From Candidatus Fimenecus sp. (GTDB lineage Bacteria; Bacillota; Clostridia; Oscillospirales; Acutalibacteraceae): a stretch of 55,863 nucleotides of DNA. A program made the position numbers and the translations under genes. Below are positions 1-8,773 of the stretch, piece after piece (within the stretch, counting starts at the first letter, position 1; the number at the start of each line of letters is the position of its first letter). The stretch spans positions 1 to 55,863 of the forward strand of contig JBJEPU010000074.1 in the NCBI GenBank assembly GCA_051881395.1, read 5' to 3'. The notes beneath the pieces were generated by a model. That model saw only the letters and a list, made by a program, of their open reading frames with translations, ran no database searches and had not been told where the DNA came from.

Positions 1-275
1 ACGCGCTTGAAGCAGGCGCTGCGGACTTCCTTTCGGACGGCGATGTGTATGAAATCCGCACCGAGCCGAACGATATGGGACTTGTGCGTGACGATTTAGA
101 GGCGAAAGGCTACAAATTCCTTTCGGCAGAGGTCGAATATATCCCCTCGACCTACACAAAACTGACCAATCCCGACGACATTCAGAATATGGGCAGAATG
201 CTTGAAATGTTCGACGAAAGCGACGACATTCAGGAAGTCTACCACAACTGGGAAAACGAGGACGATTACGAATAA
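1..275 (+). CDS. YebC/PmpR-family DNA-binding regulator, C-terminal fragment (5' end outside window)
   Basis: The frame is open from the window edge to TAA at 273-275. The tail ALEAGAADFLSDGDVYEIRTEPNDMGLVRDDLEAKGYKF...VYHNWE has the C-terminal domain pattern of YebC/TACO1 proteins. Confidence 0.8.
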   Translation, partial: ALEAGAADFLSDGDVYEIRTEPNDMGLVRDDLEAKGYKFLSAEVEYIPSTYTKLTNPDDIQNMGRMLEMFDESDDIQEVYHNWENEDDYE

Positions 276-295
276 TCGTTGTTGTGCGTTTTTTG

Positions 296-325
296 CACCG
301 TGCCATACTCGGCACGGTGTTTTTT
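296..325 (+). terminator. Rho-independent terminator of the yebC-like gene
   Basis: caccgtgcc (296-304) pairs with ggcacggtg (311-319): a perfect 9-bp stem with a 6-nt loop, followed by TTTTTT. Confidence 0.8.
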
Positions 326-360
326 ATATCGTAGTGGCAGTTCTCTGCGCCCGCCCGTTT

Positions 361-440
361 GTCATTCTGAGCCGTCAGGCGAAGAATCTCTTTTCTATGG
401 CGCTTTGCCCGTCGAGATCCTTCGCTTCGCTCAGGATGAC
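361..440 (+). repeat. Palindromic intergenic element, copy 1 (gtcattctgagcc...ctcaggatgac)
   Basis: The left arm (361-390) differs at 1 of 30 positions from the left arm at 47197-47226. The right arm (414-440) is its imperfect reverse complement. No credible coding frame crosses it. Confidence 0.85.
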
Positions 441-530
441 AGATTTTTCTTCTCGGTGGTTTTGCGGAACGGTCAAGACCGTTCCCTACGCATTAGAATT
501 GATTTCGTGCGCATGACGGTAAAGCCAATA

Positions 531-559
531 TAGACTTTTTGCGGTGTTTATGCTACAAT
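531..559 (+). promoter_or_regulatory. Candidate sigma-A promoter for the EEP/NTP_transf_5 operon
   Basis: TAGACT (531-536), 17-nt spacer, TACAAT (554-559), preceded by TGc (extended -10). It lies about 30 nt upstream of the AGGGGGA RBS and ATG 588. Confidence 0.35.
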
Positions 560-587
560 GAAAAAAAGATTTTAGGGGGAACGGTTT

Positions 588-1511
588 ATGAAGGTTTTTA
601 AAAAAGTTCTTTTGAGCGTCTTTTGCATTTTGTTGGTCGCCGTACTGCTTGCGGGCGGGATTTTGGGCTTTTATTACCCGCATTATAAAAAGGCAAAACA
701 ACCGATTTCCATAGATACCTCCTCCCTTTCGGACGGTGAAATTCGCATTATGAGCGCCAATGTACGGTGCCTTAATCCGCAGGATTTGGGCAAAAAAAGT
801 TGGTTTTACCGTGCAGATTTAATTCTCAAAAACATACAAGCCGAAGCACCGACTGTCATCGGTTTTCAAGAGGTTACAAAATGGCAATACGCCTACCTTT
901 GCGACACCTTGCCCGAATACGATTCGGTGATTACATTCCGCGATGACACCGCGTACAGCGAGGGATGCCCCGTATTCTATAACACTTCCCTTTACAACTT
1001 GAAAGACAAAGGTTCTTTTTGGCTGTCTGAAACGCCCGAAGTGATGAGCAAAGGCTGGGACGCGGCGTGCTACCGCATTTGCAGTTATGTCATTTTGGAA
1101 GAAAAGACAAACGGCAAGGAATTTGTGGTATTCAACACACATTTAGACCATGTCAGTGACACGGCGCGCATCAACGGCATCCAAGTGGTGCTTGACAAAA
1201 TCGCGCAGTTCGGTGGACTGCCGTCAGTCATTATCGGGGATTTGAACGCCGCAGAGGACAGTGAAACCTACCGCAGTGTGACGGAGAATTTCCTGGACGC
1301 GAAATATCAACTCGAAAACCCGCAAATCAGTGCGACTTATCAAAATTGGGGTACGGAGCTTGACCGTCCGTGCATTGACTACTGTATGATTTCCAAAACA
1401 GGCTTTGCGGTGAACAGTTACAAGGTTGTGCAAACCACCTATAACGGCGTGTACCCGAGTGACCATTTCCCGCTTTCCGTCAGCCTGACGCTTACAGACG
1501 AAACCGAATGA
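588..1511 (+). CDS. Endonuclease/exonuclease/phosphatase (EEP) family protein with N-terminal membrane anchor
   Basis: ATG with an AGGGGGA RBS. There is a hydrophobic N-terminal segment (LLSVFCILLVAVLLAGGILGF). EEP hallmarks are present (GFQEV, FNTHLDH, GDLN, PSDHFPL). Confidence 0.85.
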   Translation: MKVFKKVLLSVFCILLVAVLLAGGILGFYYPHYKKAKQPISIDTSSLSDGEIRIMSANVRCLNPQDLGKKSWFYRADLILKNIQAEAPTVIGFQEVTKWQYAYLCDTLPEYDSVITFRDDTAYSEGCPVFYNTSLYNLKDKGSFWLSETPEVMSKGWDAACYRICSYVILEEKTNGKEFVVFNTHLDHVSDTARINGIQVVLDKIAQFGGLPSVIIGDLNAAEDSETYRSVTENFLDAKYQLENPQISATYQNWGTELDRPCIDYCMISKTGFAVNSYKVVQTTYNGVYPSDHFPLSVSLTLTDETE

Positions 1512-1520
1512 GGCACTTTT

Positions 1521-2666
1521 ATGCAGAATATAATGCTGACAAAAGAATATTTCTTGTCCGTCGTATCTGCCGCGCTTTGCGGTACGCCCGTACCGCCGAA
1601 GCCTGAAAATGTGGATTTTGCGGATATATACCGTCTTGCGGCGCGCAATGCCGTGCAGGGCTTATTCTATCTTGCGTTTTCACCGTTGCAAGACACCGTC
1701 CCCGAAGAGGTTTTTGCACGGCTGAAAAAGGCGTATCAGTTAGAATGTGTACGCGAAACCGCACAGCAGGCATTTTTGAAAGAATTGCGCGCGGATTTTA
1801 CCGCCGAAGGCATTGATTTTATGCTGTTAAAAGGTACGCATTTGAAATCGCTGTATCCACAGCCCGAAATGCGCTTTATGGTGGATATGGATGTGTTGGT
1901 ACGCGAGAATTCGATTGAAAAAGCAAAAGAAATCCTTTTACAAAAAGGCTTGGAATTGCATTTTGACAACGGCAAAGACATTGTATTCCGGAAAAAGCCG
2001 TTTTTAACGGTAGAACTGCATCGCAGTTTGTTTCAGGAAGAGTATTATATGTACCCGTATTTTGCCGCGGCGTGGGAACGCACCGAAAACGCAGACGGCA
2101 CGGAATACAAAATGCCTGCAAACGATTTATATGTCTATACTTTGGCGCATTTGGCGGAGCATTACTTGGAGGCGGGCTCGTGTTTTCGCCCGATGATGGA
2201 TTTGTTTTTGATGGAAAAGACTTATGCAGACACGCTGGATTTCGACTACATTGACAAGCAATTTGCCGAAATCGGCATTTTGGAATTTGCAAGAAATGTA
2301 CGGCGGCTTTCAAAGGCAATGTTCGGTGATGCGGTGCACGATGACGCCCTTTTGTTGATGGAAAACTATATTGTTTTAGGTCCGCCCGTGGAAAACGCGG
2401 CAGAGGCTTCAAAAGCGGCTACCTCGCAAAAATCAAAATCTCGCCGCATTTTTGAAACGCTGTTTCCGAAGTACCGCCATATGGCGCTGAAATACCCGAT
2501 TCTCAAAAAACTGCCTGTTTTACTGCCGATTTTTTGGCTGATTCGGATTTTTCAGTACACATTTACAAAAGATAAACGCCTGATTGCAAAACGCGAACAG
2601 ATAAAAAATGCCGACAAAAAAAGTGCAGATACGATGGAAGAGATTTTTAAGAAATCCGGTTTATAA
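1521..2666 (+). CDS. Uncharacterised nucleotidyltransferase family protein (NTP_transf_5-like)
   Basis: The start lies 9 nt after the EEP stop, so co-transcription is likely. The MLLKGTHLKSLYPQPEMRFMVDMDVLV block is typical of the PF14907-type family. Confidence 0.6.
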   Translation: MQNIMLTKEYFLSVVSAALCGTPVPPKPENVDFADIYRLAARNAVQGLFYLAFSPLQDTVPEEVFARLKKAYQLECVRETAQQAFLKELRADFTAEGIDFMLLKGTHLKSLYPQPEMRFMVDMDVLVRENSIEKAKEILLQKGLELHFDNGKDIVFRKKPFLTVELHRSLFQEEYYMYPYFAAAWERTENADGTEYKMPANDLYVYTLAHLAEHYLEAGSCFRPMMDLFLMEKTYADTLDFDYIDKQFAEIGILEFARNVRRLSKAMFGDAVHDDALLLMENYIVLGPPVENAAEASKAATSQKSKSRRIFETLFPKYRHMALKYPILKKLPVLLPIFWLIRIFQYTFTKDKRLIAKREQIKNADKKSADTMEEIFKKSGL

Positions 2667-2675
2667 GTTCAAGGC

Positions 2676-2712
2676 AAAAAATTACGCCGCGGAAAAACTC
2701 CGCGGCGTTTTT
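2676..2712. terminator. Bidirectional terminator between convergent genes
   Basis: acgccgcgg (2684-2692) pairs with ccgcggcgt (2700-2708), a perfect 9-bp stem. It is flanked by an A-run upstream and TTTT downstream, so it has a U-tail on either strand. Confidence 0.8.
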
Positions 2713-2724
2713 GCATATTCAGAA

Positions 2725-3909
2725 TTAGAATTTGCGCCAAACCATTTTATCGACCACACCCGTATAAGACTGAATGAGTTTGACAACCTTTGACGATACA
2801 TTTTCATCGGTGTAATCGGGCACGGGAATGCCGTAATCCCCGTTCCTGTTCATTTCCACAGCCGTGTCAATGGCTTGCAACAGCGATTTCTCATCAATCC
2901 CCGCCAGCACAAAGCAGGCTTTGTCGAGCGCTTCGGGGCGCTCTGTGGAGGTGCGAATACAGACTGCCGGGAAAGGCTTTCCGATACTTGTAAAATACGA
3001 GCTTTCCTCGGGGAGCGTCCCTGAATCCGACACCACGGCAAAGGCGTTCATTTGCAGGCAGTTGTAATCATGAAACCCCAAGGGCTCGTGCTGAATTACA
3101 CGGCTGTCCAGTTGAAAACCACTTTCGGCAAGGCGTTTTTTGCTACGCGGGTGGCAGGAATAAAGTATAGGCATATCGTATTTTTCCGCCGTTTTGTTAA
3201 TGGCGGTAAACAGGGATAGGAAATTCTTTTCCGTGTCGATGTTTTCCTCGCGATGGGCGGAAAGCAAGATATATTTGCCTTTTTCGAGTCCTAAGCGCGC
3301 GTGAATATCGGATTTTTCGATTTCCGCTAAATTCGCATGCAGTACCTCTGCCATCGGCGAACCCGTCACATAGGTACGCTCTTTGGGCAGTCCGCAATCG
3401 GCAAGATAACGGCGCGCGTGCTCGGAATACGCCAGATTGACATCGGAAATGATGTCCACGATACGGCGGTTGGTTTCCTCCGGCAGGCACTCATCTTTAC
3501 AGCGGTTGCCCGCTTCCATATGGAAAATCGGAATGTGAAGTCTTTTGGCGGGAATCGCCGACAGGCAGGAGTTGGTGTCGCCCAAAATCAGCATTGCATC
3601 GGGTTTGATTTGCGCCATCAGCTTATAAGAACAGTTGATGATATTTCCCACCGTTGCGCCGAGGTCATCACCAACGGCGTCCATATACACCTCCGGCTCT
3701 TTCAGTTTTAAATCCTTAAAGAACACACCGTTGAGGTTGTAATCGTAATTTTGCCCTGTGTGCGCCAAAATACAGTCAAAATAGGTACGGCATTTGTTGA
3801 TGACCGCCGCCAAACGGATGATTTCAGGGCGAGTGCCCACAATAATCAACAGTTTTAACTTGCCGTTATTTTGAAATTGCACATCACTGTAATCTGTTCG
3901 TATACCCAT
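2725..3909 (-). CDS. fnlC: UDP-N-acetylglucosamine 2-epimerase (non-hydrolysing), FnlC/CapG/WbjD type
   Basis: 394 aa with the epimerase_2 pattern (IVGTRPEIIRLA, AHTGQNYDYNL, GDTNS). It is the last gene of the FnlA/B/C trio. Its ATG overlaps the upstream stop by 1 nt (TAATG). Confidence 0.85.
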   Translation of the reverse strand: MGIRTDYSDVQFQNNGKLKLLIIVGTRPEIIRLAAVINKCRTYFDCILAHTGQNYDYNLNGVFFKDLKLKEPEVYMDAVGDDLGATVGNIINCSYKLMAQIKPDAMLILGDTNSCLSAIPAKRLHIPIFHMEAGNRCKDECLPEETNRRIVDIISDVNLAYSEHARRYLADCGLPKERTYVTGSPMAEVLHANLAEIEKSDIHARLGLEKGKYILLSAHREENIDTEKNFLSLFTAINKTAEKYDMPILYSCHPRSKKRLAESGFQLDSRVIQHEPLGFHDYNCLQMNAFAVVSDSGTLPEESSYFTSIGKPFPAVCIRTSTERPEALDKACFVLAGIDEKSLLQAIDTAVEMNRNGDYGIPVPDYTDENVSSKVVKLIQSYTGVVDKMVWRKF

Positions 3910-4397
3910 TACACATCAACCTGCTTCCTTTTTTGCGCGGCTGTTCTTACAGCACACACAATCAAAAATAAAATGAAAACCAAAAGCATCGCAACTGCAC
4001 CGCCGCTGAAATCCAAAAGGACATCTTGCACACGCGGGCCGCGCCCCGACAAAATTTGTATGGATTCATCGGCAACTGCCGTACACAGCACCAAAGAAAG
4101 AACATTCCAAACGCTTTGTAACTTTCTTGTTTTCAAAAGCGCAAAAAACAGTAAGGAAAGTTCTGTTCCCAACACAAAGAACTCCACCGCATGCGCTGCT
4201 TTGCGGATATGGTTCACAAAAGAAGTCCAACTGCCAAAAGATTCCCCGCCGTTTGGCGCAACAGAAACAATCGTTTCCGCTACGCTTGCCGAGGCTTTTT
4301 GGGATTCCGGCACGGGCTGTGCGGAATTATAGAAGATAAACGCCACTGTCAGCAATATGCATACAAGACAAATGCCGATACCGATTTTTCGTTTCAT
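3909..4397 (-). CDS. VanZ-like membrane protein
   Basis: Start trimmed to MKRKIGIG (ATG 4395-4397), 4 nt after the fnlB stop. It has four hydrophobic segments and a HAVEFFVLG...DESIQ...GRG...DVLLDFSGG pattern typical of the VanZ family. Confidence 0.7.
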   Translation of the reverse strand: MKRKIGIGICLVCILLTVAFIFYNSAQPVPESQKASASVAETIVSVAPNGGESFGSWTSFVNHIRKAAHAVEFFVLGTELSLLFFALLKTRKLQSVWNVLSLVLCTAVADESIQILSGRGPRVQDVLLDFSGGAVAMLLVFILFLIVCAVRTAAQKRKQVDV

Positions 4398-4401
4398 CCT
4401 G

Positions 4402-5547
4402 TTACACTTCCAAAAAGAATGTATCGGGCTTTTCGGGGTTGAAGCACTCATTACACCACATAAAGGTGACCATATCCGTGTCGCCGAGATTTTCAATGTT
4501 GTGGGTATAGCCGACGGGAATATCCACAACCTCTAATTTTTCGCCCGAAACGAAGTATTCAAGTACTTCATCATTGTCAATTTTGCGGAAACGGATAACG
4601 CCCTTACCGCTGACAACCAAGAATTTTTCATTTTTGGTATGATGCCAATGTTGCCCTTTTGTAATGCCGGGTTTTGAAATATTAACCGAAAACTGACCGT
4701 TATTTGCCGTTCTCAAAATCTCGGTAAACGATCCTCGTTCGTCTATGTTCATTTTCAAAGGATAGGAAAACTGATCCGTCGGCAAATAGGAAAGATAGGT
4801 GCTGTATAACTTCTTGGAAAAACTGCCGTCCGTCATATCGGGTACCCGCTTCGTTTCACGGCTTTCCTTGAAAGAATACAGTAAATCCGCAATTTCGCCG
4901 AGCGTGATTTTATGCTCTGTCGGCACACGGCAAAACGCACCGTCACGGGTTTCGTTTCCTAAAAGACAACGAAGCATTTCCTCTACCAAATCGTCAATAT
5001 ACACAAGCGTCATTTCGTGGCTTCTGTCATTGACGGTTATGGGCAAATCGTGCGCGATATTGTGGCAAAAGGTTGCCACGGCGCTATTGTAATTCGGACG
5101 GCACCATTTGCCAAACAAGTTGGGAAAACGGTAGACAAGCACTTTCGTGCCCGTTTCTTCGGCATAACGGAAGAACAAATCCTCCCCTGCTTTTTTGCTT
5201 TTGCCATATGGGTTATCCAGCACCGCCTGCGTGGAAGAAGAAAGCATCACGGGACAAGTATTGCCGTGCTTTTTCAATGTATCTAACAATTCCGAGGCAA
5301 AGCCGAAATTCCCCGCGGCAAATTCCGCTTCGTTTTGCGGACGGTTGACGCCTGCAAGATTAAAAACGAAATCGCAATCCGCACAAAAGGCGTCTAATAA
5401 AGATTTTTCCGTATCAATATCAAATACACAAATTTCAAGGTCGGCGGGCAAGGCGGTGGTTTTGTCCTTGCCGTCTTTTATGTTTTTCAAAGCGGCAACC
5501 AAGTTTTTGCCCACAAAGCCTTTTGCGCCGGTTACTAAAACCTTCAT
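4402..5547 (-). CDS. fnlB: UDP-L-FucNAc pathway reductase, FnlB/CapF/WbjC type (SDR domain plus C-terminal cupin)
   Basis: The N-terminus is VTGAKGFVGKNL (Rossmann). The C-terminus is GQHWHHTKNEKFLVVSGKG...GYTHNIENLG (cupin). This two-domain layout is characteristic of CapF. Confidence 0.85.
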   Translation of the reverse strand: MKVLVTGAKGFVGKNLVAALKNIKDGKDKTTALPADLEICVFDIDTEKSLLDAFCADCDFVFNLAGVNRPQNEAEFAAGNFGFASELLDTLKKHGNTCPVMLSSSTQAVLDNPYGKSKKAGEDLFFRYAEETGTKVLVYRFPNLFGKWCRPNYNSAVATFCHNIAHDLPITVNDRSHEMTLVYIDDLVEEMLRCLLGNETRDGAFCRVPTEHKITLGEIADLLYSFKESRETKRVPDMTDGSFSKKLYSTYLSYLPTDQFSYPLKMNIDERGSFTEILRTANNGQFSVNISKPGITKGQHWHHTKNEKFLVVSGKGVIRFRKIDNDEVLEYFVSGEKLEVVDIPVGYTHNIENLGDTDMVTFMWCNECFNPEKPDTFFLEV

Positions 5548-5548
5548 A

Positions 5549-6586
5549 TTATTTCTCCCAATTTGCCAATTCGTGTTGAATGTAGGGAAGGGTCAACAGT
5601 TTTTCCTTAACCTGTTCCACCGTCATTAACGCAGTATTGTTGGAATTAAATTCTGTCAACGGATTGCGTGCGGTATCGCCGTCCTTAAAATACTTATCAT
5701 AATTCAAGCCGCGCTTGTCCGCCGGAACACGGTAAAAATCGCCCATATCTGCGGCATTGGCACATTCCTCGTTGGTGAGAAGTGTTTCATACATTTTTTC
5801 GCCGTGGCGAATACCAATAACCTTGATTTCGGTTTCCGGCGCAAATATTTCTTTCACCGCCTGTGCGAGCACTTCAATCGTGCAAGCAGGCGCTTTTTGC
5901 ACAAGAATATCGCCGCTTTCGCCGTTTCGAAATGCGAACAAAACAAGGTCAACGGCTTCCTCCAAACTCATCACAAATCGCGTCATCTTCGGCTCCGTCA
6001 CGGTGATGGGCTTGCCTGCTTTAATTTGCTCAATCCACAACGGTACAACAGACCCGCGCGAGCACAGCACATTTCCGTAACGCGTGCAACAGATTTTCGT
6101 TTTGTCAGGCGACACGGTACGAGATTTTGCCACGACGACCTTTTCCATCATCGCTTTGGAAGTGCCCATTGCATTGACGGGATACGCCGCCTTATCGGTA
6201 GAAAGGCAGATAACGCACTTTACCCCCTCTTCAATCGCGGCAGTCAGAACATTATCGGTCCCGAGCACATTGGTTTTCACCGCTTCGACAGGGAAAAACT
6301 CACAGGAAGGCACTTGTTTGAGCGCCGCCGCATGGAAAATGTAATCCACACCGTGCATAGCATTTTTTACAGATTGAATATCGCGCACATCGCCGATATA
6401 GAATTTTACCTTATCGGCAAACGCGGGATAGTTTTGCTGAAACTCGTGGCGCATATCATCCTGTTTTTTCTCATCTCGGGAAAAAACACGAATTTCGCCA
6501 ATGTCCGTTTGAATAAAACGGTTTAAGACAACATTGCCGAAAGAGCCTGTGCCACCGGTAATCATTAAAGTTTTTCCTTTGAACAT
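5549..6586 (-). CDS. fnlA: UDP-GlcNAc 4,6-dehydratase/5-epimerase, FnlA/CapE/WbjB type
   Basis: MFKGKTLMITGGTGSFGN, with polysaccharide-biosynthesis SDR (CapD-like short form) features. It lies directly upstream of fnlB. Confidence 0.85.
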   Translation of the reverse strand: MFKGKTLMITGGTGSFGNVVLNRFIQTDIGEIRVFSRDEKKQDDMRHEFQQNYPAFADKVKFYIGDVRDIQSVKNAMHGVDYIFHAAALKQVPSCEFFPVEAVKTNVLGTDNVLTAAIEEGVKCVICLSTDKAAYPVNAMGTSKAMMEKVVVAKSRTVSPDKTKICCTRYGNVLCSRGSVVPLWIEQIKAGKPITVTEPKMTRFVMSLEEAVDLVLFAFRNGESGDILVQKAPACTIEVLAQAVKEIFAPETEIKVIGIRHGEKMYETLLTNEECANAADMGDFYRVPADKRGLNYDKYFKDGDTARNPLTEFNSNNTALMTVEQVKEKLLTLPYIQHELANWEK

Positions 6587-8119
6587 TTATTTCACTTTCC
6601 TTTTAAAGAATTTGTGTTTTATAATCTGCCAAATTGCGCGGAATTCCGCAGTTTTACAATATACCAATAAGAATATTATATTCGGTAACGCGCCGCAAAT
6701 CAACAATTTTATTGCAAGGTCGAAAATCGGGGTTGTAAAACGCACCTGTTCTGTCAAGAGCCAACACAGGCCGCCCGACAAGATCGTCACCGCGGTATAA
6801 CCGAGATACTTTACAAAATAGCCGATGCAATTTTTATGAAACCCATGTTTATAAAGCACATACGGTTCCACCCAAAACGAGGTGGTTACAGTGCTGATGA
6901 GCGTACCCATAAAAACGCCGATGATCCCGAACTTTATCGCCAACGGAATGGAACAGACTAAATTGATAACCGATTCCGCAATCGGCTTATGGCGATCATA
7001 CCAAAAAATACCAAGTGCGTCTCGCTCAGTCAGTACCGGTTGGCGCATACCTAACATATAAAAATTGACGACAATAATCGCAACAATTTTCATATCGAAC
7101 AGATACTGTTCCCCCAGCCACAGGGTAATAAACGGATTATACAGTATAAACAGGCAAATCGAGCAGAACCCAAAAATCCACGCGCCGATGAAATTCAATA
7201 TATTGAATACCTCTTCCTTTCGAGCGCCATCCTCGGTTTCCGCACCGAGATTGCCGATACTGGAAGTCACCGACTGAAACAGCAAAGAAATAACCGAAAC
7301 CAGCGTGTTTTTAATCAAATAGTAATTGGAATATAGCCCAACAGACACTACGCTTACGCATTTTGCCATAATGAGGTTATCCGTTCCGTTGACCACCACG
7401 CCGCCGACACGGTGCGCTGTCATAGCACGAATATTCTTAAAAACCTCTTTTTGCATTGCTTTATCAAGCGGTTCAGCGTGTTTTAAATCCAAATACGCAT
7501 ATTTTTTATCCACAATCCAAGAAACAAACAAATTCTGCCCAACAGTGGTGATAATCATAATCACAAGGTAGCTGAAATAATTATGCGTCAGCCATAAAAA
7601 CGCGATTTGCAATATATTCATTGCAAATACAAATGCCTGATGCACAACATTGGTAATGTATTGCTTTTGGTCGGCAATCAACAGAGTTTTCTTGTAAACA
7701 AAAAAATAGGAAAGTGCGCTGTTGAGCACAAACAGAATGTAAATGAAGCGTATATGCGCAATATCGGGCAGTTCCTCGATGATAAAATCTAAAAACGGCG
7801 TCACGGCAAGACCGGCAATCAACACAAACAAACCGATAACGGTATATGCCTTCTTGTAAAACAGCATAATAGAGTTCACGGTTTTTTTGTCCCTGTCAAA
7901 CAGCGGCTTATAAAGGCAAAAACAAATCGCACTGCCCAAGCCCAATTCCGCCAAAGAGAGCATGGAAAGAATATTGGAAAAAACGCCGTTTAACCCCAAA
8001 TATTCAGAGGACAGCACATACACAAATACACGCCGTGAAAAAAAGGCAATCAGAAAGTTCACTGCCTGCGCCAACGCCGTGTATTTTACATTGCGAATGG
8101 AATTATTTAGTCTGGACAT
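6587..8119 (-). CDS. Oligosaccharide flippase (Wzx, MOP superfamily), copy B
   Basis: 510 aa, polytopic. The N-terminus (NSIRNVKYTALAQAVNFLIAFFSRRVFVYVLSSEYLGLNGVFSNILSML) is typical of Wzx proteins. Confidence 0.8.
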   Translation of the reverse strand: MSRLNNSIRNVKYTALAQAVNFLIAFFSRRVFVYVLSSEYLGLNGVFSNILSMLSLAELGLGSAICFCLYKPLFDRDKKTVNSIMLFYKKAYTVIGLFVLIAGLAVTPFLDFIIEELPDIAHIRFIYILFVLNSALSYFFVYKKTLLIADQKQYITNVVHQAFVFAMNILQIAFLWLTHNYFSYLVIMIITTVGQNLFVSWIVDKKYAYLDLKHAEPLDKAMQKEVFKNIRAMTAHRVGGVVVNGTDNLIMAKCVSVVSVGLYSNYYLIKNTLVSVISLLFQSVTSSIGNLGAETEDGARKEEVFNILNFIGAWIFGFCSICLFILYNPFITLWLGEQYLFDMKIVAIIVVNFYMLGMRQPVLTERDALGIFWYDRHKPIAESVINLVCSIPLAIKFGIIGVFMGTLISTVTTSFWVEPYVLYKHGFHKNCIGYFVKYLGYTAVTILSGGLCWLLTEQVRFTTPIFDLAIKLLICGALPNIIFLLVYCKTAEFRAIWQIIKHKFFKRKVK

Positions 8120-8133
8120 ATCTGTTCACCGAT

Positions 8134-8763
8134 TCACTCGCTTTCAAGCATCGAAAGCAGTTTCTCAACATCGTCAAACGCTTCCGCATGCGCACGAATC
8201 CAAGCTTCATCACGATTCCACCAAGCCGTTTTTAAAAGTTTCTGCACAATATCCGCAGGAAACCGCATTTTAATCACTTTTGCCGGTACACCGCCGACAA
8301 TACTGTATGGCGCGACATCGTGTGTCACCAATGCACAAGCACCGACAACGGCGCCGTCACCGATTTTTACACCGCCGACCAGACGCACATCATTGCCAAT
8401 CCAAACATCATTCCCAATCACCACCGCGTGGTTTTGCGCATCAGCGGTTGGAAATTCCCGGAACTTATTTTCCGAAACATAGGGCAGTGCAGAGGCATTC
8501 TGTTTTGCATAGAATGCCGGATGTGTCGATACAAAGTCATTTGTCGGATGTGTACCGTTTAAAATGACAACATTGGAACCAATAGAACAATACTTGCCAA
8601 CGCACGCGTTATTCAGCGCAGTATGCGCACCGACATAACTCGCAAAACCAAGGGTTGTATTGCAGACAGATGACCAACGCCCGACAAAATTATGTCCTTC
8701 TAAAACCGTGTTTTTATTCTGTTTTGAAAAATGTGAAACTCTGCTATTTCCGATTTGCTTCAC
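8134..8763 (-). CDS. Hexapeptide-repeat O-acetyltransferase of the XAT (CatB/Vat-like) class
   Basis: GTG start with a GAGGAA RBS. It has left-handed beta-helix repeats (IGNDVWIGNDVRLVGGVKIGDGAVVGA) and a C-terminal KTAWWNRDEAWI helix typical of XAT enzymes. Confidence 0.75.
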   Translation of the reverse strand: MKQIGNSRVSHFSKQNKNTVLEGHNFVGRWSSVCNTTLGFASYVGAHTALNNACVGKYCSIGSNVVILNGTHPTNDFVSTHPAFYAKQNASALPYVSENKFREFPTADAQNHAVVIGNDVWIGNDVRLVGGVKIGDGAVVGACALVTHDVAPYSIVGGVPAKVIKMRFPADIVQKLLKTAWWNRDEAWIRAHAEAFDDVEKLLSMLESE

Positions 8764-8773
8764 CGTGTTTTCC

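Noticed and set aside
202-533. ORFs 202-516 and 279-533 downstream of the yebC-like gene
   Set aside because: They span a terminator and the palindromic repeat element. They have no RBS and low-complexity products. The same repeat yields similar pseudo-peptides at 47.2 kb.
3909-4529. N-terminal extensions suggested by the longest-ORF coordinates (3909-4529, 14671-15294, 19748-21010, 20977-22341, 25423-26766, 30079-31824, 31731-32195, 35785-36408, 41241-42170, 43574-44035, 44857-46407, 48275-49243, 13113-14666, 36305-36766)
   Set aside because: In most cases an internal ATG has a proper Shine-Dalgarno sequence (weaker for 20977-22260). In every case the internal start either removes a large overlap with the upstream gene or matches the conserved family N-terminus. 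The extensions have no homology-like features. Trimmed coordinates are given in the feature list.
5804-6526. Long antisense ORFs opposite well-supported genes (for example 5804-6526, 16864-17481, 22772-23392, 23269-24021, 39701-40489, 50109-50936, 33010-33600)
   Set aside because: Each lies wholly within a gene on the other strand that has clear family motifs. The antisense products are Arg/His/Cys-rich or low-complexity and lack RBSs.
8134-8763. Vat/CatB-like acetyltransferase as a streptogramin/chloramphenicol resistance gene
   Set aside because: It belongs to the XAT fold class. However, it sits inside a tightly coupled polysaccharide operon between a GT2 gene and a flippase gene, so a sugar O-acetyltransferase role is far more likely. 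Homology-only AMR calling would probably give a false positive here.
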